Of a stretch of 64,000 nucleotides of DNA, positions 53,233-62,970 are shown piece by piece. Position 1 is the first letter of the stretch. Every line of letters starts with the position of its first letter. The notes below the pieces were generated by a model that saw only the letters and a list, made by a program, of their open reading frames with translations, was not told the DNA's origin and did no database searches. The position numbers and the translations under genes were made by a program. This DNA comes from Obrimoposthia wandeli (lineage: Eukaryota). The DNA lies in contig CDROCS010000253.1 of the NCBI GenBank assembly GCA_977020255.1, positions 248,001-312,000 on the forward strand. The letters are read 5' to 3'.

Positions 53233-54627
53233 CTAACTAGCAGATAACCTCATTAATAATTGAGCAAAGTTATCACTCGCTTGCGCTTGCTCAACATGCT
53301 GTTGCGCTTTTATCTGCCAGACACCATTAACCATCACATCTGAAACCGGATTTTGCTGACTAGCAAAAATCATACTATCGAGTAACTGTTGGTTGGCGTT
53401 AGCAAATAACTTGGTTTTATCCTGATCTAATACTAATAAATCAGCCTGCTTGCCAATAGCTAAACACCCGGTATTACTATTGGTACTTTGCGCGCCACCT
53501 ATGGCAGCTTGCTGCCATAGGTTTTGCCCAACGGAAGCTTGTTCATCTGTTGCTAAAATAGCGCGTTGTTGTTTTATAAGACGCTGCGCATATTCAAGCC
53601 AGCGTAATTCTTCAATAGGGTTTACTGATATATGACTATCAGAGCCAATGGCAATAGTGCCTTTTTCAGCGAGAAACTCTGTCGTTGGGAAAATTCCATC
53701 GCCTAAATTAGCTTCTGTTGTTGGACAAATACCGGCAATGGCTTGTTTAGCAATAATGCCTTTTCTTTCTGCTTCATCAATATGCGTTGCATGAATTAAA
53801 CACCAATATTTATCAAGCTCGACATTATCAAGCAACCATTGCACCGGTCTTTTGCCAAAATGGGTCAAACAATCATCAACTTCTTTTTGTTGCTCACTAA
53901 TATGAATATGGATGGGTGCTTGATTATCTAAGCTACGCACATGTTCCACCGCACTAAGTAGTGATGTTTTATCAACGGCGCGTAGAGAGTGAGGCGCAAT
54001 ACCCACATTAGTATTCGAATATTGTTCACTTAAGGTGAAACAATCACTGACTAATTGATTAAATTGCTCAGTAGAATTGATAAATCGCTTTTGTCCATCA
54101 CTCGGTTTTTGTTCTCCAAAGCCGCTGTATTGGTAAAGTACAGGTAACAACGTCAAACCAATACCTGACTCTTTTGCCGCATCGAAGATAGCTTTTGCCA
54201 TAGTAGCTAAGCTAGCTGAATGGTCTTCTTTAGTTGCAGCATTATAAGTACTGCCATCAATATCATGATGTAAATAATGAAATTCTGCGACACGGGTATA
54301 ACCCATTTTTAGCATTTCAATATAAAGCTGTTTGGCAATGTTTTTAGCGTCAATAGCAGTTAACTGAGCCAAAAATTGATACATGATTTTTCGCCAAGTC
54401 CAGAAACTGTCTTGTCCTTCACTGCCTTGCTCACTAAAACCAGCAAAAGCCCGTTGGAAGGCATGTGAATGACAATTGACCATACCGGGAATTACTGCCC
54501 CTTTTACAACCTCTGCACCTTCAGTCATGCCAGCATTAATAGCCGTAATAACACCTTGCTCAATAGTGATAGTTTTTTTGCTTGCCCAACCATCATTTAA
54601 TAAAATATTTTCTGCGTATAATTTCAT
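53233..54627 (-). CDS. hutF: Formimidoylglutamate deiminase
   Basis: NCHSHAFQRA, AEFHYLHH, APHSLRAV, HIHISEQ, CPTTEANLGDG, GSDSH. Confidence 0.94.
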   Translation of the reverse strand: MKLYAENILLNDGWASKKTITIEQGVITAINAGMTEGAEVVKGAVIPGMVNCHSHAFQRAFAGFSEQGSEGQDSFWTWRKIMYQFLAQLTAIDAKNIAKQLYIEMLKMGYTRVAEFHYLHHDIDGSTYNAATKEDHSASLATMAKAIFDAAKESGIGLTLLPVLYQYSGFGEQKPSDGQKRFINSTEQFNQLVSDCFTLSEQYSNTNVGIAPHSLRAVDKTSLLSAVEHVRSLDNQAPIHIHISEQQKEVDDCLTHFGKRPVQWLLDNVELDKYWCLIHATHIDEAERKGIIAKQAIAGICPTTEANLGDGIFPTTEFLAEKGTIAIGSDSHISVNPIEELRWLEYAQRLIKQQRAILATDEQASVGQNLWQQAAIGGAQSTNSNTGCLAIGKQADLLVLDQDKTKLFANANQQLLDSMIFASQQNPVSDVMVNGVWQIKAQQHVEQAQASDNFAQLLMRLSAS

Positions 54628-54716
54628 ATTGCTCTACTAATTTATTCTACTGAATTTGTTATTTGGAATTGCCTAAGTAATTTGCCAAAAAGACGAAATA
54701 AATCTCGCTATATCAC

Positions 54717-55505
54717 TTATTTCTCTTGAGTGAAATCTGCTAAACATTGCACAAACGCTTGCAGCTTTTCTTTAACTTCTTCTGCCTTTAATTCATTGTA
54801 ATGATCACTTGGTTCATCCATATAGGTTTGTTGTGATAGCTCTAACTGAACCGCATGAATATTTTCTGCTGGATTACCATAACAACGGGTGATATATCCG
54901 CCCTTAAAGCGACCATTTACCACAGTAGAATAAGGGGATAGATCAAGTTTTTCTATTTTGTTAATTAGTTCAGCACTACAGCTTTCACCATTAGCACTAC
55001 CAAAATTAAAGTCAGGTAATTGTCCATCAAAAAAGCGGGGGACATGTGACAATATTGAGTGAGCATCAAGTAACACTACTTTGCCATATTGAGCTTTCAT
55101 TTCAACTAAGGTATTTTTTAATGCTTGGTGATAGGGTTGCCAATAGCGGTCAATTCTTCGCTTAACCTCAGCCTCATCAGGTTCTTTCTCTGTGATATAT
55201 AATGGCGACAAATCAAATGCGGTCGTTGGACAAAGCTCTGTGCTATTTGCACCTGGGTATAAATTTACGCCATCAACATTTCGATTTAAATCGATAACAT
55301 AACGACTATATTTAGGTTTAATAATCGAGATACCAAGATCTTGAGCAAAGTCATAAAGCTTATCCATGTACCAATCAGTATCAGGAACCTGATGACCAGT
55401 CTTTGTCATATTGCTGGCTATACCATCGGGGATTAATTGCCCGTTATGCGGCATGCTAATTAACATAGCAATGTTACCCGTGACCAAGTCATAACTTGTC
55501 TTCAT
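54717..55505 (-). CDS. hutG: N-formylglutamate deformylase
   Basis: SMPHNG, DTDW, SRYVIDLNR, DAHSI, RFKGGYITR, HAVQLEL. Confidence 0.94.
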   Translation of the reverse strand: MKTSYDLVTGNIAMLISMPHNGQLIPDGIASNMTKTGHQVPDTDWYMDKLYDFAQDLGISIIKPKYSRYVIDLNRNVDGVNLYPGANSTELCPTTAFDLSPLYITEKEPDEAEVKRRIDRYWQPYHQALKNTLVEMKAQYGKVVLLDAHSILSHVPRFFDGQLPDFNFGSANGESCSAELINKIEKLDLSPYSTVVNGRFKGGYITRCYGNPAENIHAVQLELSQQTYMDEPSDHYNELKAEEVKEKLQAFVQCLADFTQEK

Positions 55506-55535
55506 ATTATCCCTTAAAATTGGCTACCGAACAAA

Positions 55536-55547
55536 TTGTATATACAA
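55536..55547. promoter_or_regulatory. HutC operator
   Basis: Perfect palindrome TTGTATATACAA (TGTA-N2-TACA, the HutC-type site) 31 bp upstream of hutG. Confidence 0.8.
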
Positions 55548-55660
55548 CTTGGTGGCAGCTAATTTATCACGCGTTAGTTACTCTGAGCAAGGATAGATGG
55601 AATTCTTTTCTCTTACTCAACTCAACTTTGGCAATTCAAAATTTATTAATTTTTTATTAA

Positions 55661-55697
55661 ATAGGTTTTACCTATCATAATGATAGATTTAATGCAC
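55661..55697. promoter_or_regulatory. OxyR binding site
   Basis: ATAG-gttttac-CTAT-cataatg-ATAG-atttaat-gcac matches three of four tetramers of the OxyR consensus with exact N7 spacing; upstream of the peroxiredoxin. Confidence 0.75.
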
Positions 55698-55799
55698 TTT
55701 ACTTAAATAAATTGAGCTATCATAATAGCTGCATCTTAACGCAAAAAGCCAAGTAACTACTTGGTAAAACGATTACAATTAACCCTAAAGGATTTCATT

Positions 55800-56528
55800 A
55801 TGTTTACTGATATTACCGGTCAAAAAGTCCCTGCTGTCACTTTTCCAATCATAGCTAATGACACATGGAGTTCACGCAATTATGACGATATTTTTGCGAA
55901 CAAAACTGTTGTAGTTTTTTCATTACCTGGTGCCTTTACTCCTACCTGTTCATCTTCTCACTTACCGCGTTATAACGAATTAGCACCTAAATTTTTTGCT
56001 AATGGTGTTGATGAGATTGTGTGTGTTTCAGTAAACGATACTTTTGTGATGAATGCTTGGGCAAAAGACCAAGATGCTGACAAAATTAGCTTTATTCCCG
56101 ATGGTAACGGTGAGTTCACTCAAGGCATGGGTTTATTAGTTGATAAAGCAGAGATTGGTTTTGGAAAACGTAGCTGGCGTTATGCCATGTTAGTTAAAAA
56201 TGGCATTATTGAAAAAATGTTCATCGAACCTGATTTACCAGGCGACCCATTTGAAGTATCTGATGCTGACACTATGCTTAACTTCATTAACCCTGAAGCG
56301 GCTCAAAGTACTGAAGTAGCCATTTTCACCAAACACGGCTGTTCTCATTGTACGAAAGCTAAAGCATTATTAACTGAACAAGGTTTACAGTATGAAGAGT
56401 TAATATTGGGCGAAGGTACAACGATTACCGCAATGCGTGCTATTTCAAATGCAGATACCACACCACAAATATTTATTGATGGTAAGCATATTGGCGGCAA
56501 TGACGAATTAGTAAAATACTTTAGCTAA
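55800..56528 (+). CDS. pgdx: Hybrid peroxiredoxin (Prx5)-glutaredoxin
   Basis: LPGAFTPTCS, VSVND, RSWRY and C-terminal Grx CSHC..TTPQIFIDG; start set at ATG 55800. Confidence 0.92.
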   Translation: MFTDITGQKVPAVTFPIIANDTWSSRNYDDIFANKTVVVFSLPGAFTPTCSSSHLPRYNELAPKFFANGVDEIVCVSVNDTFVMNAWAKDQDADKISFIPDGNGEFTQGMGLLVDKAEIGFGKRSWRYAMLVKNGIIEKMFIEPDLPGDPFEVSDADTMLNFINPEAAQSTEVAIFTKHGCSHCTKAKALLTEQGLQYEELILGEGTTITAMRAISNADTTPQIFIDGKHIGGNDELVKYFS

Positions 56529-56578
56529 ATAATTTGATGACCGTTTTAACTTACTAAATTACCGCACTGAACACTAAT

Positions 56579-56620
56579 AAAAACACAATAATGATATACT
56601 ATCGTTATTGTGTTTTTTTT
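56579..56620 (+). terminator. Intrinsic terminator after pgdx
   Basis: AAAACACAATAATGATA / TATCGTTATTGTGTTTT followed by a T-run. Confidence 0.7.
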
Positions 56621-56675
56621 GTATACAACGCTAGCTATCAATAACTAGTAAAGATGTTACTTATTGGAATTTAAA

Positions 56676-56927
56676 ATGGATAACCAACCTTATAACCCTC
56701 TTCATGGCCTAACGCTAAAGACCATAGTTACTGAACTAGAAGCCTACTTTGGCTTTGAAACGTTGGGTAAAACAATCAAAATCAAGTGTTTTACTGATGA
56801 CCCAAGTATTCAATCTACGTTAAAGTTTCTGCGTAAAACGCCATGGGCGAGAGAGAAGGTTGAGCTGCTTTACATTAAAAATAAAATTAAAATTCAGAAT
56901 TCATTTGAATCAGATGATTTGAACTAG
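56676..56927 (+). CDS. VF530/DUF2132-family small protein
   Basis: NPLHGLTL, CF..DPSI.STLKFLRKTPWAREKVE. Confidence 0.85.
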   Translation: MDNQPYNPLHGLTLKTIVTELEAYFGFETLGKTIKIKCFTDDPSIQSTLKFLRKTPWAREKVELLYIKNKIKIQNSFESDDLN

Positions 56928-57052
56928 TTCGACTGCCTTTCCCACTTAGCTCACTATTAATTTAATAAGCTATCAAAGTTCTGGTATTGCACCAAAAAAT
57001 ATCTATTATGGCTGTAATATTCATTACTAAATAAGTAAATAAATAAGGTCTT

Positions 57053-57913
57053 ATGTCTTCAGCTACTCATTATATTTTAACTTGGCAATGCCCTGACAAT
57101 ACTGGCGTGTTAGCCAAAGTATCGCAAAGCCTGTTTTCACACGGTGCTTTTATTACCGAAACTTCGCAATACAGTGACCCTTATAGTGAAACTTTCTTTT
57201 CACGTATTGCTTTTGATGATCGTAATTTAACGGTTTCCAGTAGTGAATTTATTCAAGCACTAGATGAATTAGCCAAACCGCTCGCCATGCAATATCAATT
57301 ACGTAAACGTGCTGATGTTCCCAATATCCTAATTGCGGTATCAAAAGACGATCACTGTTTAGTATCATTGTTAACTAAATGGCGCTCTGGTGCTTTACCC
57401 GTCAATATTGTTGGTGTTATCTCTAATCATCAAGATTGTCAGCCATTAAGTGAATGGCATAATGTGCCATTTTATCATTTACCGGTAAATGCAGAGACTA
57501 AGCTCAAACAAGAAGCTCAAATTACTGACTTGATGACAGAACTTGAGGTCGACTTATTAGTATTAGCCCGCTATATGCAGATACTTTCTGATGGTTTATG
57601 CCAACAATTACAAGGTAAAGCCATCAATATCCATCATTCGTTTTTACCTAGTTTTAAAGGTGCTCGCCCTTACCACCAAGCTCATGCTCGTGGTGTTAAG
57701 GTCATAGGAGCAACCGCCCACTATGTAACCGCGAATCTTGATGAAGGGCCAATTATCGCTCAGGAAGTAAAACCAATTAACCACGCTTTTACCATCGAGC
57801 AAATGGTACATATGGGTCATGACTTAGAAGCAACAGCATTAAGTCATGCCGTAAGGATTCATGCTGAACAACGCGTTTGTATTAATGGCGATAAAACGGT
57901 AATTCTAGCTTAA
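57053..57913 (+). CDS. purU: Formyltetrahydrofolate deformylase
   Basis: ACT domain CPD..G, SNH, LARYMQILS, INIHHSFLPSFKGARPY, LDEGPII. Confidence 0.94.
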   Translation: MSSATHYILTWQCPDNTGVLAKVSQSLFSHGAFITETSQYSDPYSETFFSRIAFDDRNLTVSSSEFIQALDELAKPLAMQYQLRKRADVPNILIAVSKDDHCLVSLLTKWRSGALPVNIVGVISNHQDCQPLSEWHNVPFYHLPVNAETKLKQEAQITDLMTELEVDLLVLARYMQILSDGLCQQLQGKAINIHHSFLPSFKGARPYHQAHARGVKVIGATAHYVTANLDEGPIIAQEVKPINHAFTIEQMVHMGHDLEATALSHAVRIHAEQRVCINGDKTVILA

Positions 57914-57990
57914 TTTTAGCTTTAATTTAGCTTAGCTTGAGTTTAGTTTGAGCTAAGTTAACGCTTAGAAAAACATTTTAGATGTATGGC

Positions 57991-58008
57991 TGTAAGTAAA
58001 TTTTTACA
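57991..58008. promoter_or_regulatory. Candidate TyrR/PhhR box
   Basis: TGTAAG-TAAATT-TTTACA, one mismatch to TGTAAA-N6-TTTACA, about 115 bp upstream of the VOC gene. Confidence 0.5.
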
Positions 58009-58122
58009 GCCGTCAACTCCCCCTGACGTATAGTGTTTTACTAAATAAGGTTAAAATTAGCCTAAGTGTTCACTTTATGATTAAAATTAGCACATAACCT
58101 ATTTTAATAAAAAGTCCTGATT

Positions 58123-58653
58123 ATGATTAATATAGAAAAAATTCATCACGTTGCTTATCGCTGTAAAGACGCCAAAGAAACAACCAATTGGTACAAAGAC
58201 AAGCTAAACATGGATTTAGTACTCGCCATCGCTGAAAATGAAGTGCCATCAACCAAAGCACCCGATCCTTATATGCATATTTTCCTTGATGCGGGTAATG
58301 AAAATGTATTGGCCTTTTTTGAGTTACCTAACTCTCCAGCTATGGACAGAGATCAAAATACCCCAGCTTGGGTACAACATATAGCCTTAAGAATTGCGAG
58401 TTTGTCTGAGTTAATATCCGCTAAAGAAGAGCTCGAAAGTAAGGGCGTTGATGTTTTAGGGCCAGTTAATCATGGTATATTTAAATCTATCTATTTCTTT
58501 GATCCAAACGGTCACCGTTTAGAGCTTGCTGTCGATATTGGTACTAGCGAACAATACAAAGAACTTAATAGAGTCGCTCACGACATGATTGAAGAATGGT
58601 CAGTGACTAAACGAGCACCACGTCATGCAGCTTGGTTACACGAACTAGATTAA
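58123..58653 (+). CDS. VOC (glyoxalase-like) family protein
   Basis: HHVAYRC, HIFLD..LAFFE, QHIAL, SIYFFDPNGHRLEL. Confidence 0.9.
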   Translation: MINIEKIHHVAYRCKDAKETTNWYKDKLNMDLVLAIAENEVPSTKAPDPYMHIFLDAGNENVLAFFELPNSPAMDRDQNTPAWVQHIALRIASLSELISAKEELESKGVDVLGPVNHGIFKSIYFFDPNGHRLELAVDIGTSEQYKELNRVAHDMIEEWSVTKRAPRHAAWLHELD

Positions 58654-58842
58654 TTTACTCTCGTAAATATTTAGGGATGAAAGAGATAACAAACAGGATC
58701 CCCGACTAAAATACCACGGGGATGACGATTGGAAGATTGATATCTAATAACTTAACTTCAATGACAGCTAAAAGGTTAATGTCTAATAATCTATCTAACG
58801 ATAATAACATTCAGCTTTAAGTTGTATGGTTCAAGTTAAAGG

Positions 58843-58877
58843 AAAAAGCACGGAGTTGACGTTGGTCAAAACTCCGT
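58843..58877 (-). terminator. Intrinsic terminator about 130-160 nt downstream of dnaB
   Basis: Minus strand ACGGAGTT...AACTCCGT then GCTTTTT. Confidence 0.65.
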
Positions 58878-59004
58878 ACATCCTGTACTCCACCTTTCAG
58901 GTCATCCTTTAGATGTGCAAATTATTTCCCAAAGAATTTGTAAGTACTTTTGACGCCTAAATTGGACCATACAACGACAAGATGAATATTATTTAGCCAT
59001 TATT

Positions 59005-60423
59005 TTAGTCTTCTTCTAATACATGCGGTCCGGCGTAGTTATCAAAGCGAGAATACTTACCTTGGAAGGTTAATGGCACGCGACCAATCGGCCCATTACG
59101 TTGTTTACCAATGATAATTTCTGCCATACCTTTAAACTCACTGTCATCATGATAAACCTCGTCACGATAAATAAACATGATTAAATCAGCATCCTGCTCT
59201 ATTGAACCTGACTCACGTAAATCGGAGTTAATTGGACGTTTATCACTACGTTGTTCCAAACCACGGTTTAGCTGAGACAGTGCAACAACAGGCACTTTCA
59301 ATTCTTTCGCTAAGGCTTTAAGTGAACGGGATATTTCAGCAACTTCTAAAGTACGGTTATCAGAGAATTGTGGTGCACGCATTAATTGTAAATAATCAAT
59401 CATGATCATACTGATACCGCCATGATCGCGATGTATTCTTCGTGCTCTTGAACGAACTTCTGTTGGCGTTAAACCAGCAGCATCATCAATAAACATCTTA
59501 CCTTTTTCCATGAGCAAACCCATGGTTGAAGAAAGACGTGCCCAATCTTCATCTTCTAACTGACCGGTACGAATTTTGGTTTGATCGATTCGCCCTAAAG
59601 AGGCCAACATTCTCATCATGATTTGATCTGCAGGCATCTCTAAACTGAAAATAAGTGCTGGATGTTCTTGTGTCATCGCTGCATGTTCAGCCAAGTTCAT
59701 CGCAAAAGTTGTTTTACCCATCGATGGACGAGCAGCAACAATGATCAAATCAGATTTTTGTAACCCTGCCGTCATTTTATCTAAATCAGCATAACCACTG
59801 GGTACTCCGGTAACACCACCTGTTGGTGTTGAACAAAGCTTTTCAATTCTATCAACTGTTTTTTCTAATACTGAATTAAGACTTTCAGGGCCTTCATTCT
59901 TATTGGCTCTTTTTTCAGCAATAGCAAACACTTTGGTTTCAGCAAAATCAAGTAATTCCGCGCTGCTTCGACCTTGCGTATCATAACCTGCTTCAGCAAT
60001 TTCATTAGCGACACTGATCATTTCACGGGTTACCGCTCGCTCACGTACTATGTCGGCATAAGCGGTTATGTTTGCTGCACTCGGCGTGTTTTTCATCATC
60101 TCTGCGAGATAAACAAAACCACCAGCATCATCAAGTTTTTGATCGTTTTCTAAGGCTTCGGAAAGCGTGATTAAATCAACAGGCTCACCTAACTCAATTA
60201 ACCCGCCAATGGTTTCGAAAATAAGGCGATGTGAGCGACTATAAAAATCAGCAGCTACGGCTTTCTCAGCAACACGATCCCATGTTTCATTATCGAGTAA
60301 CAAACCACCCAATACAGACTGCTCAGCTTCTAACGAGTGCGGGGGTACTTTTAATTCATCGATTTGTTTATCTCGAATAAATTGCTGTTCTTTTGCAAAT
60401 TTACGTGGCTTTTTGTCGGCCAT
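59005..60423 (-). CDS. dnaB: Replicative DNA helicase
   Basis: PPHSLEAEQSVLG, AARPSMGKT, IDYLQL, LSQLNR, DLRESGSIEQDAD, KQRNGP. Confidence 0.98.
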   Translation of the reverse strand: MADKKPRKFAKEQQFIRDKQIDELKVPPHSLEAEQSVLGGLLLDNETWDRVAEKAVAADFYSRSHRLIFETIGGLIELGEPVDLITLSEALENDQKLDDAGGFVYLAEMMKNTPSAANITAYADIVRERAVTREMISVANEIAEAGYDTQGRSSAELLDFAETKVFAIAEKRANKNEGPESLNSVLEKTVDRIEKLCSTPTGGVTGVPSGYADLDKMTAGLQKSDLIIVAARPSMGKTTFAMNLAEHAAMTQEHPALIFSLEMPADQIMMRMLASLGRIDQTKIRTGQLEDEDWARLSSTMGLLMEKGKMFIDDAAGLTPTEVRSRARRIHRDHGGISMIMIDYLQLMRAPQFSDNRTLEVAEISRSLKALAKELKVPVVALSQLNRGLEQRSDKRPINSDLRESGSIEQDADLIMFIYRDEVYHDDSEFKGMAEIIIGKQRNGPIGRVPLTFQGKYSRFDNYAGPHVLEED

Positions 60424-60616
60424 TACCTTAACCCTACTCTGCTACATCACCATACTCGCGCTTGTCTTAACTATAGTCTTAACTATTGCTTTACACCTTA
60501 CTTTTACTAGGCTAAAACAACACTGGCGAGTATCTAAAAAAGGAGTGCTAATGTAGCAGAATTTACCCCGTGGGAATATAAAAGTTTCCCCTAAAAAGAG
60601 CTTGAAGTTAAAAAGC

Positions 60617-61582
60617 TTATTTACTGCTAACCTCAATATTACCGCTAACCGTTGACACTCTTACTAAAGCACTGCCATTGGCCGTTTGAAAATTTAACTC
60701 TGCGCCCGGACCATATTCATCATGCTCAGTTTTAACCTGAGTAATATTATTGTCTATGTCGCCGCCAACACTTGTTTTAAGGCTAAAGTCAGCATTAACA
60801 CCTTTTTGAAAAGTAAATACTAAGTCACCACTTACGGTTGACGCTTTAAGTAAGGCCTTCTCATTTAAGGTGAGCTTTGCCTTTAAATCGCCACTGACTG
60901 TTCTGATACGTAGCTCTATAACCTCATCTAAATTGAGTTTACTTTGACCGGAAACATTATCGAAAAACACTTCCTTGGCTTGGCTGTTGATAACAACTTC
61001 GCCACTCACCGATCTAATTTCTAATCGACCAGTAGAGTCGGTATCTTTTATATCGCCACTAACAGCAGATAACGATACCTTTCCAGCTAATTTATCACTA
61101 TTGATATTGCCACTAATACTATTAAGTTCAATACTCTGTGTTACATTTTTTGCCAGAATATCACCACTAACGGTTCTCACTTCAACGCCACCATGTAAAT
61201 TCGATAAACGAATGTCACTAGAGATACTTGAAGATTTCATGCGGATATTTTTTGGCATAAAAACCGTGATTTTTGAGCCATCAGCACTCCAACTATCCAT
61301 TCTTGGGTATTCGACTTTAATAATAACTTGTGCACCTTTTTGTTCAAAAATAAGTTTTTCTGCATCATCATCTAGCGTGCCAGTAACGGATATTTTATCT
61401 TTATTCCATCCCACTACATTAATAAAACCACTGTGATTATTAATAGACACGTTGGTAACATTGTCGCTTGGCAAGCTCTGCGCAATGTCAATGGCTGCAA
61501 ATGATTGCCCACTTACTATTAAGCAAGTCGCCACGGTGATGATAGTTGTGCATTGCTTTATTTTTCTTATAATTTTGTTCAT
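60617..61582 (-). CDS. DUF4097-family beta-strand repeat protein, exported
   Basis: Signal peptide; repeated TVSGDI/SVSGEV beta-solenoid motifs. Confidence 0.88.
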   Translation of the reverse strand: MNKIIRKIKQCTTIITVATCLIVSGQSFAAIDIAQSLPSDNVTNVSINNHSGFINVVGWNKDKISVTGTLDDDAEKLIFEQKGAQVIIKVEYPRMDSWSADGSKITVFMPKNIRMKSSSISSDIRLSNLHGGVEVRTVSGDILAKNVTQSIELNSISGNINSDKLAGKVSLSAVSGDIKDTDSTGRLEIRSVSGEVVINSQAKEVFFDNVSGQSKLNLDEVIELRIRTVSGDLKAKLTLNEKALLKASTVSGDLVFTFQKGVNADFSLKTSVGGDIDNNITQVKTEHDEYGPGAELNFQTANGSALVRVSTVSGNIEVSSK

Positions 61583-61636
61583 TTGAACCTCTTATCTTTA
61601 GTATTTATTACTGTGTTTAGCGAACGCTGTATTTAG

Positions 61637-62212
61637 CTAAATCACTTGATATTGACGATATAATTGTTGTAACAGCTTCAATTCTTGTTGTTGAGTAAAG
61701 TCTAATAAATTGAGTAAATCGGCGTTATTTTCATCGGTTAACAAGGCTTTTTTTATTGATGATCTTGCGTCCGCTAATTGCGTTAATTCTTGTTGCATTG
61801 CTGCAGGTAATTTATCAAAAGTGGGTTGGCCATAACTTGCCAGTAATGTTTGTTTTTGTTGCTTAAAATTGTGTTGCATAAAATTAACCAACTGCCCCGA
61901 TGTAACGCCACTTTCTTCTTGCGATTTCACCAATGCAGGTACATTTTGTTCAGTTGTCGAGGGAGAAAAAGTGAACCAAGACATCAATATGACCAGTGCA
62001 ATAGAAGCTGCCCAGACGCTTGGTATGAAAACATTACGTTGTTTATCTACTACTATTTCTTGGGGCTTACGGTTGATGGCTCGCTCAATACCTGACCATA
62101 AATCTCGTTCTGGTGTCATTTCAATGGGTAACGCTGCCACTTGCTCTGCGAGTGTTTTATCTGAAATTTCATTATTTAAATGCATGTGGTCTTGAGGGTT
62201 GTATTTACTCAT
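61637..62212 (-). CDS. Putative anti-sigma factor / single-pass membrane protein
   Basis: Overlaps the ECF stop by 8 bp; N-terminal P.RDLWSGIE segment, then one TM (VWAASIALVILMSWF) and a helical periplasmic part. Confidence 0.65.
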   Translation of the reverse strand: MSKYNPQDHMHLNNEISDKTLAEQVAALPIEMTPERDLWSGIERAINRKPQEIVVDKQRNVFIPSVWAASIALVILMSWFTFSPSTTEQNVPALVKSQEESGVTSGQLVNFMQHNFKQQKQTLLASYGQPTFDKLPAAMQQELTQLADARSSIKKALLTDENNADLLNLLDFTQQQELKLLQQLYRQYQVI

Positions 62213-62858
62213 GATTTATTTCCTCCTCAATCGATACAAAGCCATTAGCTAGTAATGATTCCTTTAATAAACTTCTCGCTCTGTGGTATTGCGATTTACT
62301 TGAACCTACTGCCATTTTTAACATTATGGAAATTTCCTCATGACGATAGCCTTCAACAGCAAACAAAACAAAAACTAAGCGTGCTCGTTCAGGTAAACGC
62401 GCAATGTGCTGGTCTAATAAAGTGAGCGTTGAATCATCAGTTAAACTAACACTCGGCTCTTGGACACTTGCCCCTTGCTCTTCAATACTAAAAACACGCT
62501 GTAACCAGTTTTTATGCTTGCGTAAGTGTCCCAACACTACATTGGTCGCGACACTGTGTAGCCAAGTACTAAATTTACTTTCGCCCCGAAAATTATTAAT
62601 CTTTTGCCACAGCACAACAAAGACTTCCTGACAGACATCTTCAGCACTGTCTTTATCTGCCAGCATTCGCCAACACAAGGCATAAATTCGCCTATGGTGC
62701 TTTTCATAGAGCTGATAAAACGCCGTTTGCGATCCTTGCTTGGTTTGTGCTATCCATGCCTGTTCATCGTCACTATCACCGCAGTAATGATCTTTATTGG
62801 TACTAAAGCGTGCCTTTAGGTCGATGACTTTTTTATCTGGTCTTATTTGGCTATCCAA
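62205..62858 (-). CDS. ECF RNA polymerase sigma factor
   Basis: AEDVCQEVF, FSTWLHSVATN, LPERARLVFVL..VEGY.HEEI, GSSKSQYHRAR; TTG start. Confidence 0.92.
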   Translation of the reverse strand: MDSQIRPDKKVIDLKARFSTNKDHYCGDSDDEQAWIAQTKQGSQTAFYQLYEKHHRRIYALCWRMLADKDSAEDVCQEVFVVLWQKINNFRGESKFSTWLHSVATNVVLGHLRKHKNWLQRVFSIEEQGASVQEPSVSLTDDSTLTLLDQHIARLPERARLVFVLFAVEGYRHEEISIMLKMAVGSSKSQYHRARSLLKESLLANGFVSIEEEINHE

Positions 62859-62942
62859 AAGCTAAAGCCTCTGTTTGGTTCAAAATAATTATCCAATATA
62901 GTTATCTAAAATAGTTGTCTAAAATAATATGCAATATTAACT

Positions 62943-62970
62943 AAGATACCTAATTCGATGAAAAGGTTTA
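62943..62970 (-). promoter_or_regulatory. Candidate ECF-type autoregulatory promoter
   Basis: Minus strand TAAACC-N15-GTATCT has the AAC/GT signature of ECF promoters, about 85 bp upstream of the sigma gene; weak match. Confidence 0.3.
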
